The translations under genes were made by a program, and so were the position numbers. The notes below the pieces were generated by a model. It was not told the origin of the DNA. It searched no databases and saw only the letters and a list, made by a program, of their open reading frames with translations. From the IMG/VR virus record IMGVR_UViG_3300027917_000030: a stretch of 64,000 nt of DNA; one strand, given 5' to 3'. Source of the DNA: a virus. Its lineage: Duplodnaviria; Heunggongvirae; Uroviricota; Caudoviricetes. Each line of letters begins with the position of its first letter. The stretch's first letter is position 1. Positions 1 through 6,597 of the stretch are shown piece by piece.

Positions 1-360
1 CAAGTTCTCTGGTTTGATATCAAGATGAATAATTCCTGAATCATGGACAGTGCCGACTCCATAGCAGGCATGTTTAAACAACTTAAGGCCAATATCTCTC
101 CTAGTTTCGAGATCTCTTTCATTTTGTTTAAGCCAATTTCTAAAAGTAACCTTACGCTTAACATCCTTCATGTCATAAGCGTTATAGCACTCCTGGATAA
201 TATCAACCGCATGACTTCCTAACTTATTAGAAATTTCTTTAGGAAGTCCGCCATAATCTGGATAATCAAAATAGAAGTTTGGGTCCTCTAATTGTTTTTT
301 ATTTTCCCAAAGAACATCTACAAGTTCTTCAAACATTTTAACACCAAACTCATCTTTCAT
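1..360 (-). CDS. Protein-kinase-like protein, N-terminal part (3' end runs off the window edge)
   Basis: Minus-strand ORF starting with ATG at 358-360 and a GGAGAAG RBS upstream. Translation ends ...HDSGIIHLDIKPENL, which matches a Ser/Thr kinase catalytic loop (HxDxKPxN). The N-lobe motifs are not clearly visible. Confidence 0.4.
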   Translation of the reverse strand, partial: MKDEFGVKMFEELVDVLWENKKQLEDPNFYFDYPDYGGLPKEISNKLGSHAVDIIQECYNAYDMKDVKRKVTFRNWLKQNERDLETRRDIGLKLFKHACYGVGTVHDSGIIHLDIKPENL

Positions 361-412
361 AATCTTCTCCAATATTAAAAACCAGGAAAAGTTGCAAAAG
401 GCAGAAATACCC

Positions 413-460
413 GAAGGTTTAAGGGATTTGAACCCTTTAGTAATTTACATACAAAGTAAA
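413..460 (-). tRNA. Orphan tRNA 3' portion: anticodon arm (TGT, Thr-like) + variable loop + T-arm + acceptor 3' strand; no matching 5' half nearby
   Basis: Minus-strand RNA reads TTTAC-TTTGTAT-GTAAA-TTACT-AAGGG-TTCAAAT-CCCTT-AAACCTT-C. It has a perfect 5-bp anticodon stem with a U33/purine-37 loop and a canonical T-arm. No complementary acceptor 5' strand (AAGGTTT) or D-arm lies upstream. Motif A directly precedes it. Confidence 0.35.
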
Positions 461-468
461 AACATTAT

Positions 469-493
469 CCGAAGTAGCCTTTTACCGGACCTT
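469..493 (-). repeat. Copy A of the 24-30 nt motif (minus-strand consensus yCAwGGTCCAG-N5-GGmTACTTCAAA)
   Basis: Plus strand CCGAAGTAGCCTTTTACCGGACCTTGG. It lies between the tRNA-Tyr 3' end and the orphan tRNA 3' portion. It is the most diverged copy (CCGG instead of CCAG, TTCGG instead of TTCAA). Confidence 0.5.
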
Positions 494-497
494 GGTT

Positions 498-584
498 TGG
501 TGGGTGCGGGAGGAATCGAACCTCCAAAGCCCGAAGGCCACAGGGTTACAGCCTGCCAAGCTCACCACACTGCTCAACGCACCC
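498..584 (-). tRNA. tRNA-Tyr (anticodon GTA), class II long variable arm, CCA encoded
   Basis: Minus-strand read: GGGTGCG-TT-GAGC-AGTGTGGTGA-GCTT-G-GCAGG-CTGTAAC-CCTGT-GGCCTTCGGGCTT-GGAGG-TTCGATT-CCTCC-CGCACCC-A-CCA. The acceptor stem is 7 bp, the D-stem 4 bp, the anticodon stem 5 bp with loop CTGTAAC (U33, GUA, A37), and the T-arm GGAGG/CCTCC. Confidence 0.85.
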
Positions 585-896
585 TTATCCGATTATATTA
601 CAAAAAGGCCACGATTCTCCTATTTTAGGTTTCTTAAATCTTCTCTGACAATACTCTTTATGATACCTTTCTAACGTCTCTTCATCATTACATATTACTT
701 CGGGAAGATCTGGCCCAACCCATTTTTTAAGATGTAGCCAAAAACCAAAAGTATCCAGTGCTTCACGGGACGCTGGACTACCAGCTTCATTATCATTAAT
801 TCTTACTGTGTCCGTTTCAGTTCTTCCATCCCTATGATCTATTAAAGTAAACTCTATTACATTGCGGGTTTTATCTTTAAAATGTATTTCTATCAT
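585..896 (-). CDS. Hypothetical protein (103 aa)
   Basis: ORF in the minus-strand gene series. No recognisable motif. Confidence 0.35.
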   Translation of the reverse strand: MIEIHFKDKTRNVIEFTLIDHRDGRTETDTVRINDNEAGSPASREALDTFGFWLHLKKWVGPDLPEVICNDEETLERYHKEYCQRRFKKPKIGESWPFCNIIG

Positions 897-905
897 AAAA
901 AGCCC

Positions 906-1181
906 CTAATCATCAAAGAACCTAATATTCGTTACCTTCAGTTCTCCTGTTTCTGGATCCAAAATTTCCTGATTAATGTTGGAAATTCTTGCTACGTCTC
1001 CAGAATAAACATTACAAACTCCCATGTTCGCCCATCGAACCATTGGACCGCCACCATCGCTGTAATGATTGGCTCGCTCAAACACCACACCGAAGGTTCC
1101 CTTGCGAACATTAGCACCGTTGGGATCCAAATGCCTAACAGCGATAACCATATCGCCACGTTCTAAGTCTAATTGCCTCAT
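906..1181 (-). CDS. Hypothetical protein (91 aa)
   Basis: ORF, no recognisable motif. Confidence 0.35.
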   Translation of the reverse strand: MRQLDLERGDMVIAVRHLDPNGANVRKGTFGVVFERANHYSDGGGPMVRWANMGVCNVYSGDVARISNINQEILDPETGELKVTNIRFFDD

Positions 1182-1184
1182 GAT

Positions 1185-1391
1185 TTATATCCTTTTAAAA
1201 CTAACTACACCCTCTTTATTTGTAGTACCTATGCAATCATAACCACCAACATGATATGGAGAATAGTCACCAAATGCACTTTTCAAAAACTCTGTGGCTA
1301 TTTCCACAGCATCATATTCGTCAGTCCCAATTTCGAATGAGAAAATTTCATATGGTGTTTCTAGTTGTACTTGATATAATCTCATAATCAA
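1185..1391 (-). CDS. Hypothetical protein (68 aa)
   Basis: ORF, no recognisable motif. Confidence 0.3.
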   Translation of the reverse strand: MIMRLYQVQLETPYEIFSFEIGTDEYDAVEIATEFLKSAFGDYSPYHVGGYDCIGTTNKEGVVSFKRI

Positions 1392-1684
1392 ATTTTTAAA
1401 ACAAAGACTAAAAATGCTTCCGCTACAAGAACATATACTATAAAAGTTATAAGAAGTGTTAATGCGACTAAACCTACGCCTCTAATTATTTTATTTCTAC
1501 GTTGATCAAGTATTTCATTAATCATCCTTCTTACTTCTTTTTCTTCCATAAAAACTCCAGGAAAATTCGCTTAGGGGTTTATCTGCACCGTGCCTCCCCA
1601 TAATGACCTTTGATGTGATCTCTGGTCAAATGACCATTTACAAATACCCAGTACGGCTCCGATTTTGTAAATGTCCGTATGTCG

Positions 1685-1732
1685 TGGGGAGCCCAGGACT
1701 CGAACCTGAGTGTCAAAAAGTAATCAGCCTTT
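1685..1732 (-). tRNA. Orphan tRNA 3' portion: anticodon arm (GAT, Ile-like, T at position 37) + variable loop + T-arm (TTCGAGT) + acceptor 3' strand GCTCCCC-A; no matching 5' half found
   Basis: Minus read: AAAGG-CTGATTA-CTTTT-TGACA(C)-TCAGG-TTCGAGT-CCTGG-GCTCCCC-A. The acceptor would need GGGGAGC, which is absent upstream. The adjacent 5' half (1808-1839) has CCACGGG and cannot pair with it. Motif B overlaps its 5' end. Confidence 0.35.
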
Positions 1733-1757
1733 GAAGTATCCCTTCGCTGGACCATGG
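1730..1757 (-). repeat. Copy B of the 24-30 nt motif
   Basis: Plus TTTGAAGTATCCCTTCGCTGGACCATGG (minus: CCATGGTCCAGCGAAGGGATACTTCAAA). Confidence 0.6.
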
Positions 1758-1807
1758 ATATATTTTACATACTAAAAGATCAGGAAAAAGTCGAATAGAG
1801 TATCTCT

Positions 1808-1839
1808 CTCGATGCTCTAACCATCTGAGCTACCCGTGG
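1808..1839 (-). tRNA. tRNA 5' half (acceptor 5' strand + D-arm + anticodon-stem 5' strand), apparently the partner of the 3' half at 1963-1997 (permuted order)
   Basis: Minus read CCACGGG-TA-GCTC-AGATGGTTA-GAGC-A-TCGAG. It has a canonical U8-A9, a 4-bp D-stem and a GG-containing 9-nt D-loop. The only complementary acceptor 3' strand (CCCGTGG) lies upstream in transcript orientation. Confidence 0.5.
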
Positions 1840-1962
1840 AATATTAAAAAGGAAGACATTTCACTTTCGGCAGCCATCCCAGTTTTGCCTTTCGCTTTGT
1901 CGGTTAGAGGTAATTTCATCTCTGGGAAGATAAACTACGTATCCTTTCAAAGTCTCCCTTAG

Positions 1963-1997
1963 TCCACGGGGTAGGATTCGAACCTACGACCCTCAAG
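1963..1997 (-). tRNA. tRNA 3' half (anticodon-stem 3' strand + variable loop + T-arm + acceptor 3' strand + discriminator A), partner of the 5' half at 1808-1839
   Basis: Minus read CTTGA-GGGTC-GTAGG-TTCGAAT-CCTAC-CCCGTGG-A. The acceptor is 7/7 complementary to CCACGGG. CTTGA pairs with TCGAG (one G.U). Confidence 0.5.
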
Positions 1998-2002
1998 TTT
2001 TA

Positions 2003-2026
2003 TTTGAAGTATCCCTAGTCTGGACC
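2003..2026 (-). repeat. Copy C of the 24-30 nt motif
   Basis: Plus TTTGAAGTATCCCTAGTCTGGACC (minus CAAGGTCCAGACTAGGGATACTTCAAA). It overlaps the stop codon of the 2015-2287 ORF and sits immediately 5' of the tRNA 3' half. Confidence 0.6.
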
Positions 2027-2287
2027 TTGATCTTCTAGTTCAATAAACCTGTCTATTGCTTTTTCTATTTCATCTAATTTAAAATTTTCAATAGGAACGG
2101 GAATCATTTCCTGTCTGCCCTCAAACTCTTCATAACAGTTTTCACAAACTGAATATCCTATGAGTTTCATGGGCTCATAAATCTTACCCCCATCCATCCA
2201 TAAAAGCATACCCTGTAAAGTATATTTATCACCATATACGATTTGTCTGCTTTTAAGTTTGGATAGTATCTTTTCTTTATCCATCAA
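2015..2287 (-). CDS. Hypothetical protein (90 aa)
   Basis: ORF. It contains a CENC Cys pair. Its C-terminal codons run into motif C. Confidence 0.35.
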   Translation of the reverse strand: MMDKEKILSKLKSRQIVYGDKYTLQGMLLWMDGGKIYEPMKLIGYSVCENCYEEFEGRQEMIPVPIENFKLDEIEKAIDRFIELEDQGPD

Positions 2288-3086
2288 TCAAGAAATGCCA
2301 TGTTTGTTGACCATGAAGCATTGCTCTCCGTATTAGGAATTACTCTATGCCAAAAGGTTAATTCAATAGTGGCGTGATCAGGGTGACTTACTTTTCCCCT
2401 GCAAAACACTGCCGCATCACGCCGCATAACAGTCCAATTCATGGCTTTAGCAGAAGGATCTTTCTTAATCAACTCTTTATATTTCTCTTCAGTGAGTCCA
2501 TCAGGATATTTCCAACACCTATGGACGGTAGTTCCTCCGGAACGAAAAACCTCTTCAACCATATGTGCCTTACCACGTCCGCGTCGAATAGGTTCGTTAC
2601 GGATTATCTTATCTTCACTAACTTCCATATTAGGATGTGGAATGAAGAACCATTCACCCTGGCGAACATAACCCTCGTTATGACGCTTATGCTTTTTCTG
2701 TTTCCTAACACCCTTACGCTCTTGGCTCTCACGAGCCTCGGGGGGTTTCAAGGCTTCCTTAGCCTCCCAGACCGTATTAGCTCCGCCAGGAACAGCAGCA
2801 ACAAACCAACTACGCTCATCGTGACCGCAGAGAAAGCGCTCCTTATTCCCATCAGAGTCCTTGAATAATACAACAAGGTGACGGTCAGCAGGATCTACAT
2901 TAATGATTAGCATCTCAGGATCATCTTCGGGATTATATCCAACGTCGAAGTATTCTCCTTTCTTATCGGTACGAACATCAAGTAGATGGCTGCGACTAGA
3001 GCCCCAGCGTCCAGCGCTCAAGTCACGAACTTTAACTCGTGCGCCCATCTTTGCAAAATGTTTCTCAATAGATTCCTTGTTAAACA
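2284..3086 (-). CDS. Hypothetical protein (about 267 aa; start trimmed to the internal ATG with a GGAG RBS)
   Basis: The ORF track gives 2284-3123 with a GTG-type start. An internal Met (MFNKESIEK...) preceded by GGAGATCTT is a more convincing start. No family recognised. Confidence 0.45.
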
Positions 3087-3105
3087 TAAGATCTCCTCTT
3101 AAAAA

Positions 3106-3125
3106 GAGGTGTTTTAAAAACACCC
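3106..3125 (-). other. Perfect 8-bp hairpin GGTGTTTT/AAAACACC
   Basis: Palindrome ggtgttttaaaaacacc immediately upstream of the 2284-3086 gene. It could be an operator or terminator. Confidence 0.3.
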
Positions 3126-3165
3126 AGGAATGAGTCGTAAAAGGGGTACGGAGTCAAATTAAATG

Positions 3166-3189
3166 TTTGAAGTAGCCTTTTACTGGACC
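3166..3189 (-). repeat. Copy D of the 24-30 nt motif
   Basis: Plus TTTGAAGTAGCCTTTTACTGGACC (minus CCATGGTCCAGTAAAAGGCTACTTCAAA). There is no tRNA part next to it. About 40 nt of the downstream sequence resembles that following copy E (..ATTTGAC..TCC..CTTTTACGA..TTCCTGgG). Confidence 0.6.
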
Positions 3190-3205
3190 ATGGGACTATA
3201 ACATT

Positions 3206-3477
3206 CTATAACGGAGTCACTAACGGTAATCTATCTAGTTCCTCCAAATCAATCTCAATGATTCTCTCCCAACCGCTGCTGTTAAAACCAGGTGCATCAA
3301 ATTGAATACCCACCATACCATTTTTCCATGGAGAGAAATTCAACCCGAACCAAACCTTTTTAAAACCACCAAAATACCATTCTCCAGCAATTTTCACCAA
3401 ATACTTTTTGTTTAAATCAACATCAGGATGGAAGTGTTTTTCAGCTTTGGATAAATCTAAAACTCTTAACATTTTAA
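3206..3477 (-). CDS. Hypothetical protein (about 90 aa; start trimmed so as not to overlap the tRNA)
   Basis: The ORF-track ORF 3206-3583 runs through the tRNA at 3490-3593. The internal Met (MLRVLDLSK...) gives a non-overlapping gene. Confidence 0.3.
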
Positions 3478-3489
3478 GATATCCTTTCT

Positions 3490-3593
3490 TAGCGGAGGTG
3501 GGAATTGAACCCACGTAGCCGAGGTCATGACCCTCGGTCGAGAAGCTTCCCGGCCTAATCCTAGACCGTTCGGCTACCAACACTCTCCCCGCT
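3490..3593 (-). tRNA. Atypical long tRNA (about 104 nt): clear T-arm (GTGGG-TTCAATT-CCCAC), acceptor AGCGGGG/CTCCGCT-A and a 6-bp variable-arm hairpin; the D/anticodon region cannot be folded canonically (possible intron or another split gene)
   Basis: Minus read ...AGCGGGGAGAGTGTTGGTAGCCGAACGGTCTAGGATTAGGCCGGGAAGCTTCTCGACCGAGGGTCATGACCTCGGCTACGTGGGTTCAATTCCCACCTCCGCTA. The acceptor pairs 7/7 with one G.U. The region between the acceptor and T-arm is too long for a class II tRNA. Confidence 0.35.
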
Positions 3594-3641
3594 CATAAAA
3601 AAGCTCAGGAAAAAATCGTAAGAGGAGTTGTCAAATCCCAT

Positions 3642-3665
3642 TTTGAAGTATCCCCTAACTGGACC
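3642..3665 (-). repeat. Copy E of the 24-30 nt motif
   Basis: Plus TTTGAAGTATCCCCTAACTGGACC (minus CAAGGTCCAGTTAGGGGATACTTCAAA). It lies about 50 nt 5' of the long tRNA. Confidence 0.6.
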
Positions 3666-3727
3666 TTGAGCACAGTAGTCAACCAGGAATAACCGCATGA
3701 AGTATAGTCTCGTTTTGAACCCAAATC

Positions 3728-3752
3728 AAATGAAGTAACTCCATACTGGACC
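3728..3752 (-). repeat. Copy F of the 24-30 nt motif
   Basis: Plus AAATGAAGTAACTCCATACTGGACC (minus CAAGGTCCAGTATGGAGTTACTTCATTT). Confidence 0.5.
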
Positions 3753-3864
3753 TTGACTAACCATTTCTAATTATAAGATCATAAACCCAAATATGTCGAC
3801 AATCTTTTTTAAATACTATAAAATTAAAGCGAAATTTCGGTGCGTCGAAAATAAGCGACCGAAA

Positions 3865-3893
3865 ATTTTTTTCGAAAATCACGCGCACGCGTT
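3865..3893. repeat. Copy 1 of a 30-nt motif ATTTTTTTCGAAAAyCACGCGCACG(c/a)(g/a)TT (palindrome TTTTCGAAAA + GC dyad ACGCG-CA-CGCGT)
   Basis: Sequence ATTTTTTTCGAAAATCACGCGCACGCGTT at the 3' end of pyrC. The same block recurs at 33105-33133 and 61737-61766. Confidence 0.6.
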
Positions 3894-4943
3894 CTTTATT
3901 CTCCACTTTAAATATCTACCACAGGAAAACGGGTATGGTATATCAGCAGAAAAGTGAAAATCATGTCGATGTTTCCTTATCATCATATACCATGAATCAT
4001 AGGTATCATCGCCAGAAGCATCATATAGAGTAAGTTGTTTTAATGTAGTCTCCCACCCATAAAATTTTGCGCCATAAATACTTGTAAAACCTTCCAGTCT
4101 ATCCAGTTTGTCCACAGAGTCAAACGCTTCAGCGTAATGCTCAATCGCTGCCGGTGCTGTAAAACAACCAGGAACACCCTGTTCTTCCTTTTTGGATCTT
4201 GGATGTGGTGCACTATCAGTACCCGCAAAAAACCTTGAATTGCCACTTGTGGCTGCTTCCAGTAACGCCTTTCTGTCTGACTCCTTTTTTGCAATGGGCA
4301 AACAAAAATAATGTGGATTAATCATGTTATTTGCAAAAATGGAATCTCTTGAAATTAACAAATGATGTGGTGTTATTGTAGCCCACAAATTCTGGATTAT
4401 GTTATTCTTGATTAAACTAGCAGCATATGCGGTAGTAATGTGTTCCAACACAACGCGTAACTTAGGGTAATCAGCACATAAATTAAACAAATAATTTCGA
4501 ATAAATGCCTCTTCTCGTTCGAATATTCCATATCTTGTATCTTCACCATGTATTAATAAGGGAATGTCTAATCTCTGCATGTGTGCTAATATCCATTTAA
4601 TTTTCTCTATGCTTGTTACTCCGTGCTTGCTATTTACTGTAGCCCCAACAGGATACAACTTGCAACCAGCAAAACATGGATCATTTGACAATGCCTCCAA
4701 GTCTTCTATATTGGTATCGTCTGTTAGATAAAGAGTCATCATGGGGGAAAAGGAAACGTTAAGATCTCTTAATTGTTGACTATAATCTATAACAAGATTC
4801 CGTGTAGTTAGGGGAGGAGTTGTGTTTGGCATTACCACAACCCTATTGAACTGGCGTTCTGAATATGGTACGACCATTCGCATCATCTCATCATTCCTAA
4901 GATGAGCATGACAATCATCTGGCATTTTAATTGTGAATTGCAT
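3879..4943 (-). CDS. pyrC: Dihydroorotase, class II (PyrC)
   Basis: MPDDCHAHLRNDEMMRMVVPYSERQFNRVVVMPNTTPP aligns with E. coli PyrC ([21 protein letters not shown]...AIVMPNLAPP). Full length is about 350 aa. Confidence 0.85.
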   Translation of the reverse strand: MQFTIKMPDDCHAHLRNDEMMRMVVPYSERQFNRVVVMPNTTPPLTTRNLVIDYSQQLRDLNVSFSPMMTLYLTDDTNIEDLEALSNDPCFAGCKLYPVGATVNSKHGVTSIEKIKWILAHMQRLDIPLLIHGEDTRYGIFEREEAFIRNYLFNLCADYPKLRVVLEHITTAYAASLIKNNIIQNLWATITPHHLLISRDSIFANNMINPHYFCLPIAKKESDRKALLEAATSGNSRFFAGTDSAPHPRSKKEEQGVPGCFTAPAAIEHYAEAFDSVDKLDRLEGFTSIYGAKFYGWETTLKQLTLYDASGDDTYDSWYMMIRKHRHDFHFSADIPYPFSCGRYLKWRIKNACA

Positions 4944-4949
4944 CTTGCC

Positions 4950-5480
4950 TCACAAATCTTTCAAAATTGTTTGCATAATTAAATCAATGCACGAATCTAT
5001 ATCATTTTTATCAGTTTCGAGAATAAGATCTGGATTAGACGGATTTTCGTACGGTGCATCTATACCCGTAAGCCCTTTCATTTTGCCGCTACGCTGTTTC
5101 ATATACAAACCTTTCGGATCTCTTTTTTCGCAAATTTCTATCGGGCATTTCACAAAAACCTCTTTAAACTTCGAACCTATTATCTGTCTGGCTGAATCTC
5201 TAGAACCTTGATATGGAGATATAAACGCACAGATAGTAATAATTCCCAGATCTGATATCAATTTCGCAACCTGTGTAACCCTACGTATATTTTCTTCTCT
5301 ATCCTCTTTTGAAAAAGATAGATCGGCATTTAATCCCGTACGCAGTTTGTCACCATCCAATATACAGGTTAAATATCCCAAACCTTTCAATTTAGATTCT
5401 AACGCCTGGGCTATCGTCGATTTTCCTGATCCGCTGAAACCAGTAAGCCAAATTACAGTTCCAGATTTAGCAAGTTTCAT
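4950..5480 (-). CDS. cysC: Adenylylsulfate (APS) kinase
   Basis: P-loop GFSGSGKSTIA, then LDGD, FSKEDREENIRRV and FISPY..R, matching E. coli CysC almost motif for motif. Length 176 aa. Confidence 0.8.
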   Translation of the reverse strand: MKLAKSGTVIWLTGFSGSGKSTIAQALESKLKGLGYLTCILDGDKLRTGLNADLSFSKEDREENIRRVTQVAKLISDLGIITICAFISPYQGSRDSARQIIGSKFKEVFVKCPIEICEKRDPKGLYMKQRSGKMKGLTGIDAPYENPSNPDLILETDKNDIDSCIDLIMQTILKDL

Positions 5481-5615
5481 TACTCGGCTGTTTTCTCCTT
5501 GAGTTTTCTATATCCATATTTGAGTAATTCCCAAGCAAACGGTCCGGCCACCAAGCCAATTGTTAATCCGAAAACAAAATCCATTTTGAAAATCACCTCC
5601 TAAAATAAAGTATAA

Positions 5616-6209
5616 TTATATAATTTTATTAGTAGTTTGCCTAAATTCTGATTTTCTAAATATAGACTTTACTGGAATTCCATATTTATTTTCAATAGTT
5701 TCTTTTCCACCTTCTTGCCTATCCACAAGCACTAAACATCCCGCAGCCTTAAGTCCAATATCAGCCAAACCATCAAGACATACGGCTAACGAACTGCCTG
5801 TGGTAAGCACATCATCTACGACAACCATGTTTGTTGTACCCTTGCTAAACCCAGCCGGCAACTCAACTTTTCTCTTTGTTCCATGTTCTTTTTTGGAATC
5901 ACGCACATGGATTATATGTCCTTGAGCAACCAACGCAGCGGCGCTGGCGATATAGGAACCACCAACTCCAGTTGCTACAAACTGTGCGGCTTCAAACTCA
6001 GCCCAGCATTTAGAAGCAAATATAAAACCCACATCCATGTGACCTTCTGGCGAAAGAATTACAGGTCTACAATCAATATAGAAATCTGATTTCTTTCCAG
6101 AGCGTAACGTAAACTCTCCAAACTTTACAGAATACTTTTCCAACAGAATTTTGATCGAAATACAATGTCCGTTGTATTTTATCTTATGGTCTCTTAATGT
6201 CTGCATCAA
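5616..6209 (-). CDS. pyrE: Orotate phosphoribosyltransferase (type I PRTase)
   Basis: KFGEFTLRSGKKSDFYIDCR (compare E. coli PyrE KFGEFTLKSGRKSPYFFN) and the PRPP-binding loop VVVDDVLTTGSS. Confidence 0.7.
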   Translation of the reverse strand: MMQTLRDHKIKYNGHCISIKILLEKYSVKFGEFTLRSGKKSDFYIDCRPVILSPEGHMDVGFIFASKCWAEFEAAQFVATGVGGSYIASAAALVAQGHIIHVRDSKKEHGTKRKVELPAGFSKGTTNMVVVDDVLTTGSSLAVCLDGLADIGLKAAGCLVLVDRQEGGKETIENKYGIPVKSIFRKSEFRQTTNKII

Positions 6210-6505
6210 CCTCTCCTACCACGCTTCTTAGTATCTCTTGAGCGCCGAGCCTTATGGATAACCCCAAACGGTTTTTTTCTAACCCATTTCAGATATTTAT
6301 AAAACTGTTTGTTGTTTTTAATTGCCTCGACAGTATTTAAAACTTCCGCCAGAATTTTGTTATCAAAAAGAGCATGAAGTTGTCGGTGGCAATCTTTGCA
6401 AACTTTAATTAATTTGTGGCCACCAAGACTGCGAGGTACTACATGATGATCAGTTATTTCAGGAACTATTCTTTCACATAAAGCACAAATATATTCTTCT
6501 TTCAT
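6206..6505 (-). CDS. HNH endonuclease
   Basis: CALCERIVPEITDHHVVPRSLGGHKLIKVCKDCHRQLH. It carries an HNH motif with Cys4 Zn ligands. Confidence 0.7.
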   Translation of the reverse strand: MKEEYICALCERIVPEITDHHVVPRSLGGHKLIKVCKDCHRQLHALFDNKILAEVLNTVEAIKNNKQFYKYLKWVRKKPFGVIHKARRSRDTKKRGRRG

Positions 6506-6597
6506 AATTTTAATTGGTTATGATTATTTCGCAAATTTTTGTTGACAAATTTGAAGTTCAATTTAAGTTAATTACTAAGAAACCGAGAAAAATATTC

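Noticed and set aside
1685-1839. Pairing the tRNA 5' half (1808-1839) with the downstream 3' fragment (1685-1732) to make one intron-containing tRNA
   Set aside because: The acceptor strands are incompatible (CCACGGG versus GCTCCCC). Only the upstream 3' half (1963-1997) is complementary.
413-1997. Orphan tRNA 3' segments as attP sites of an integrative element within this window
   Set aside because: No tyrosine or serine recombinase motif was recognised in any ORF of the window, so the attP idea is kept only as an alternative in the findings.
3206-3583. Full 125-aa ORF 3206-3583
   Set aside because: Its N-terminal third is the reverse complement of the tRNA at 3490-3593. It was trimmed to the internal Met at about 3477.
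469-3752. The GGTCCAG-N5-GGATACTTCAAA motif as the 5' halves (acceptor + D-arm) of split tRNAs
   Set aside because: A 4-bp D-stem-like pairing (GTCC/GGAT) exists. However, the bases upstream (CCATG/TCAAG) are conserved between copies rather than variable like acceptor stems, and none of them is complementary to any of the orphan acceptor 3' strands. So the motif is not a tRNA 5' half.
4950-5480. Reading the P-loop protein at 4950-5480 as a generic kinase such as PNK
   Set aside because: Motif order and spacing (GFSGSGKST, LDGD, FSxxDRxENIRR, FISPY) match APS kinase specifically. The separate P-loop kinase at 13201-13713 is the PNK-like candidate.
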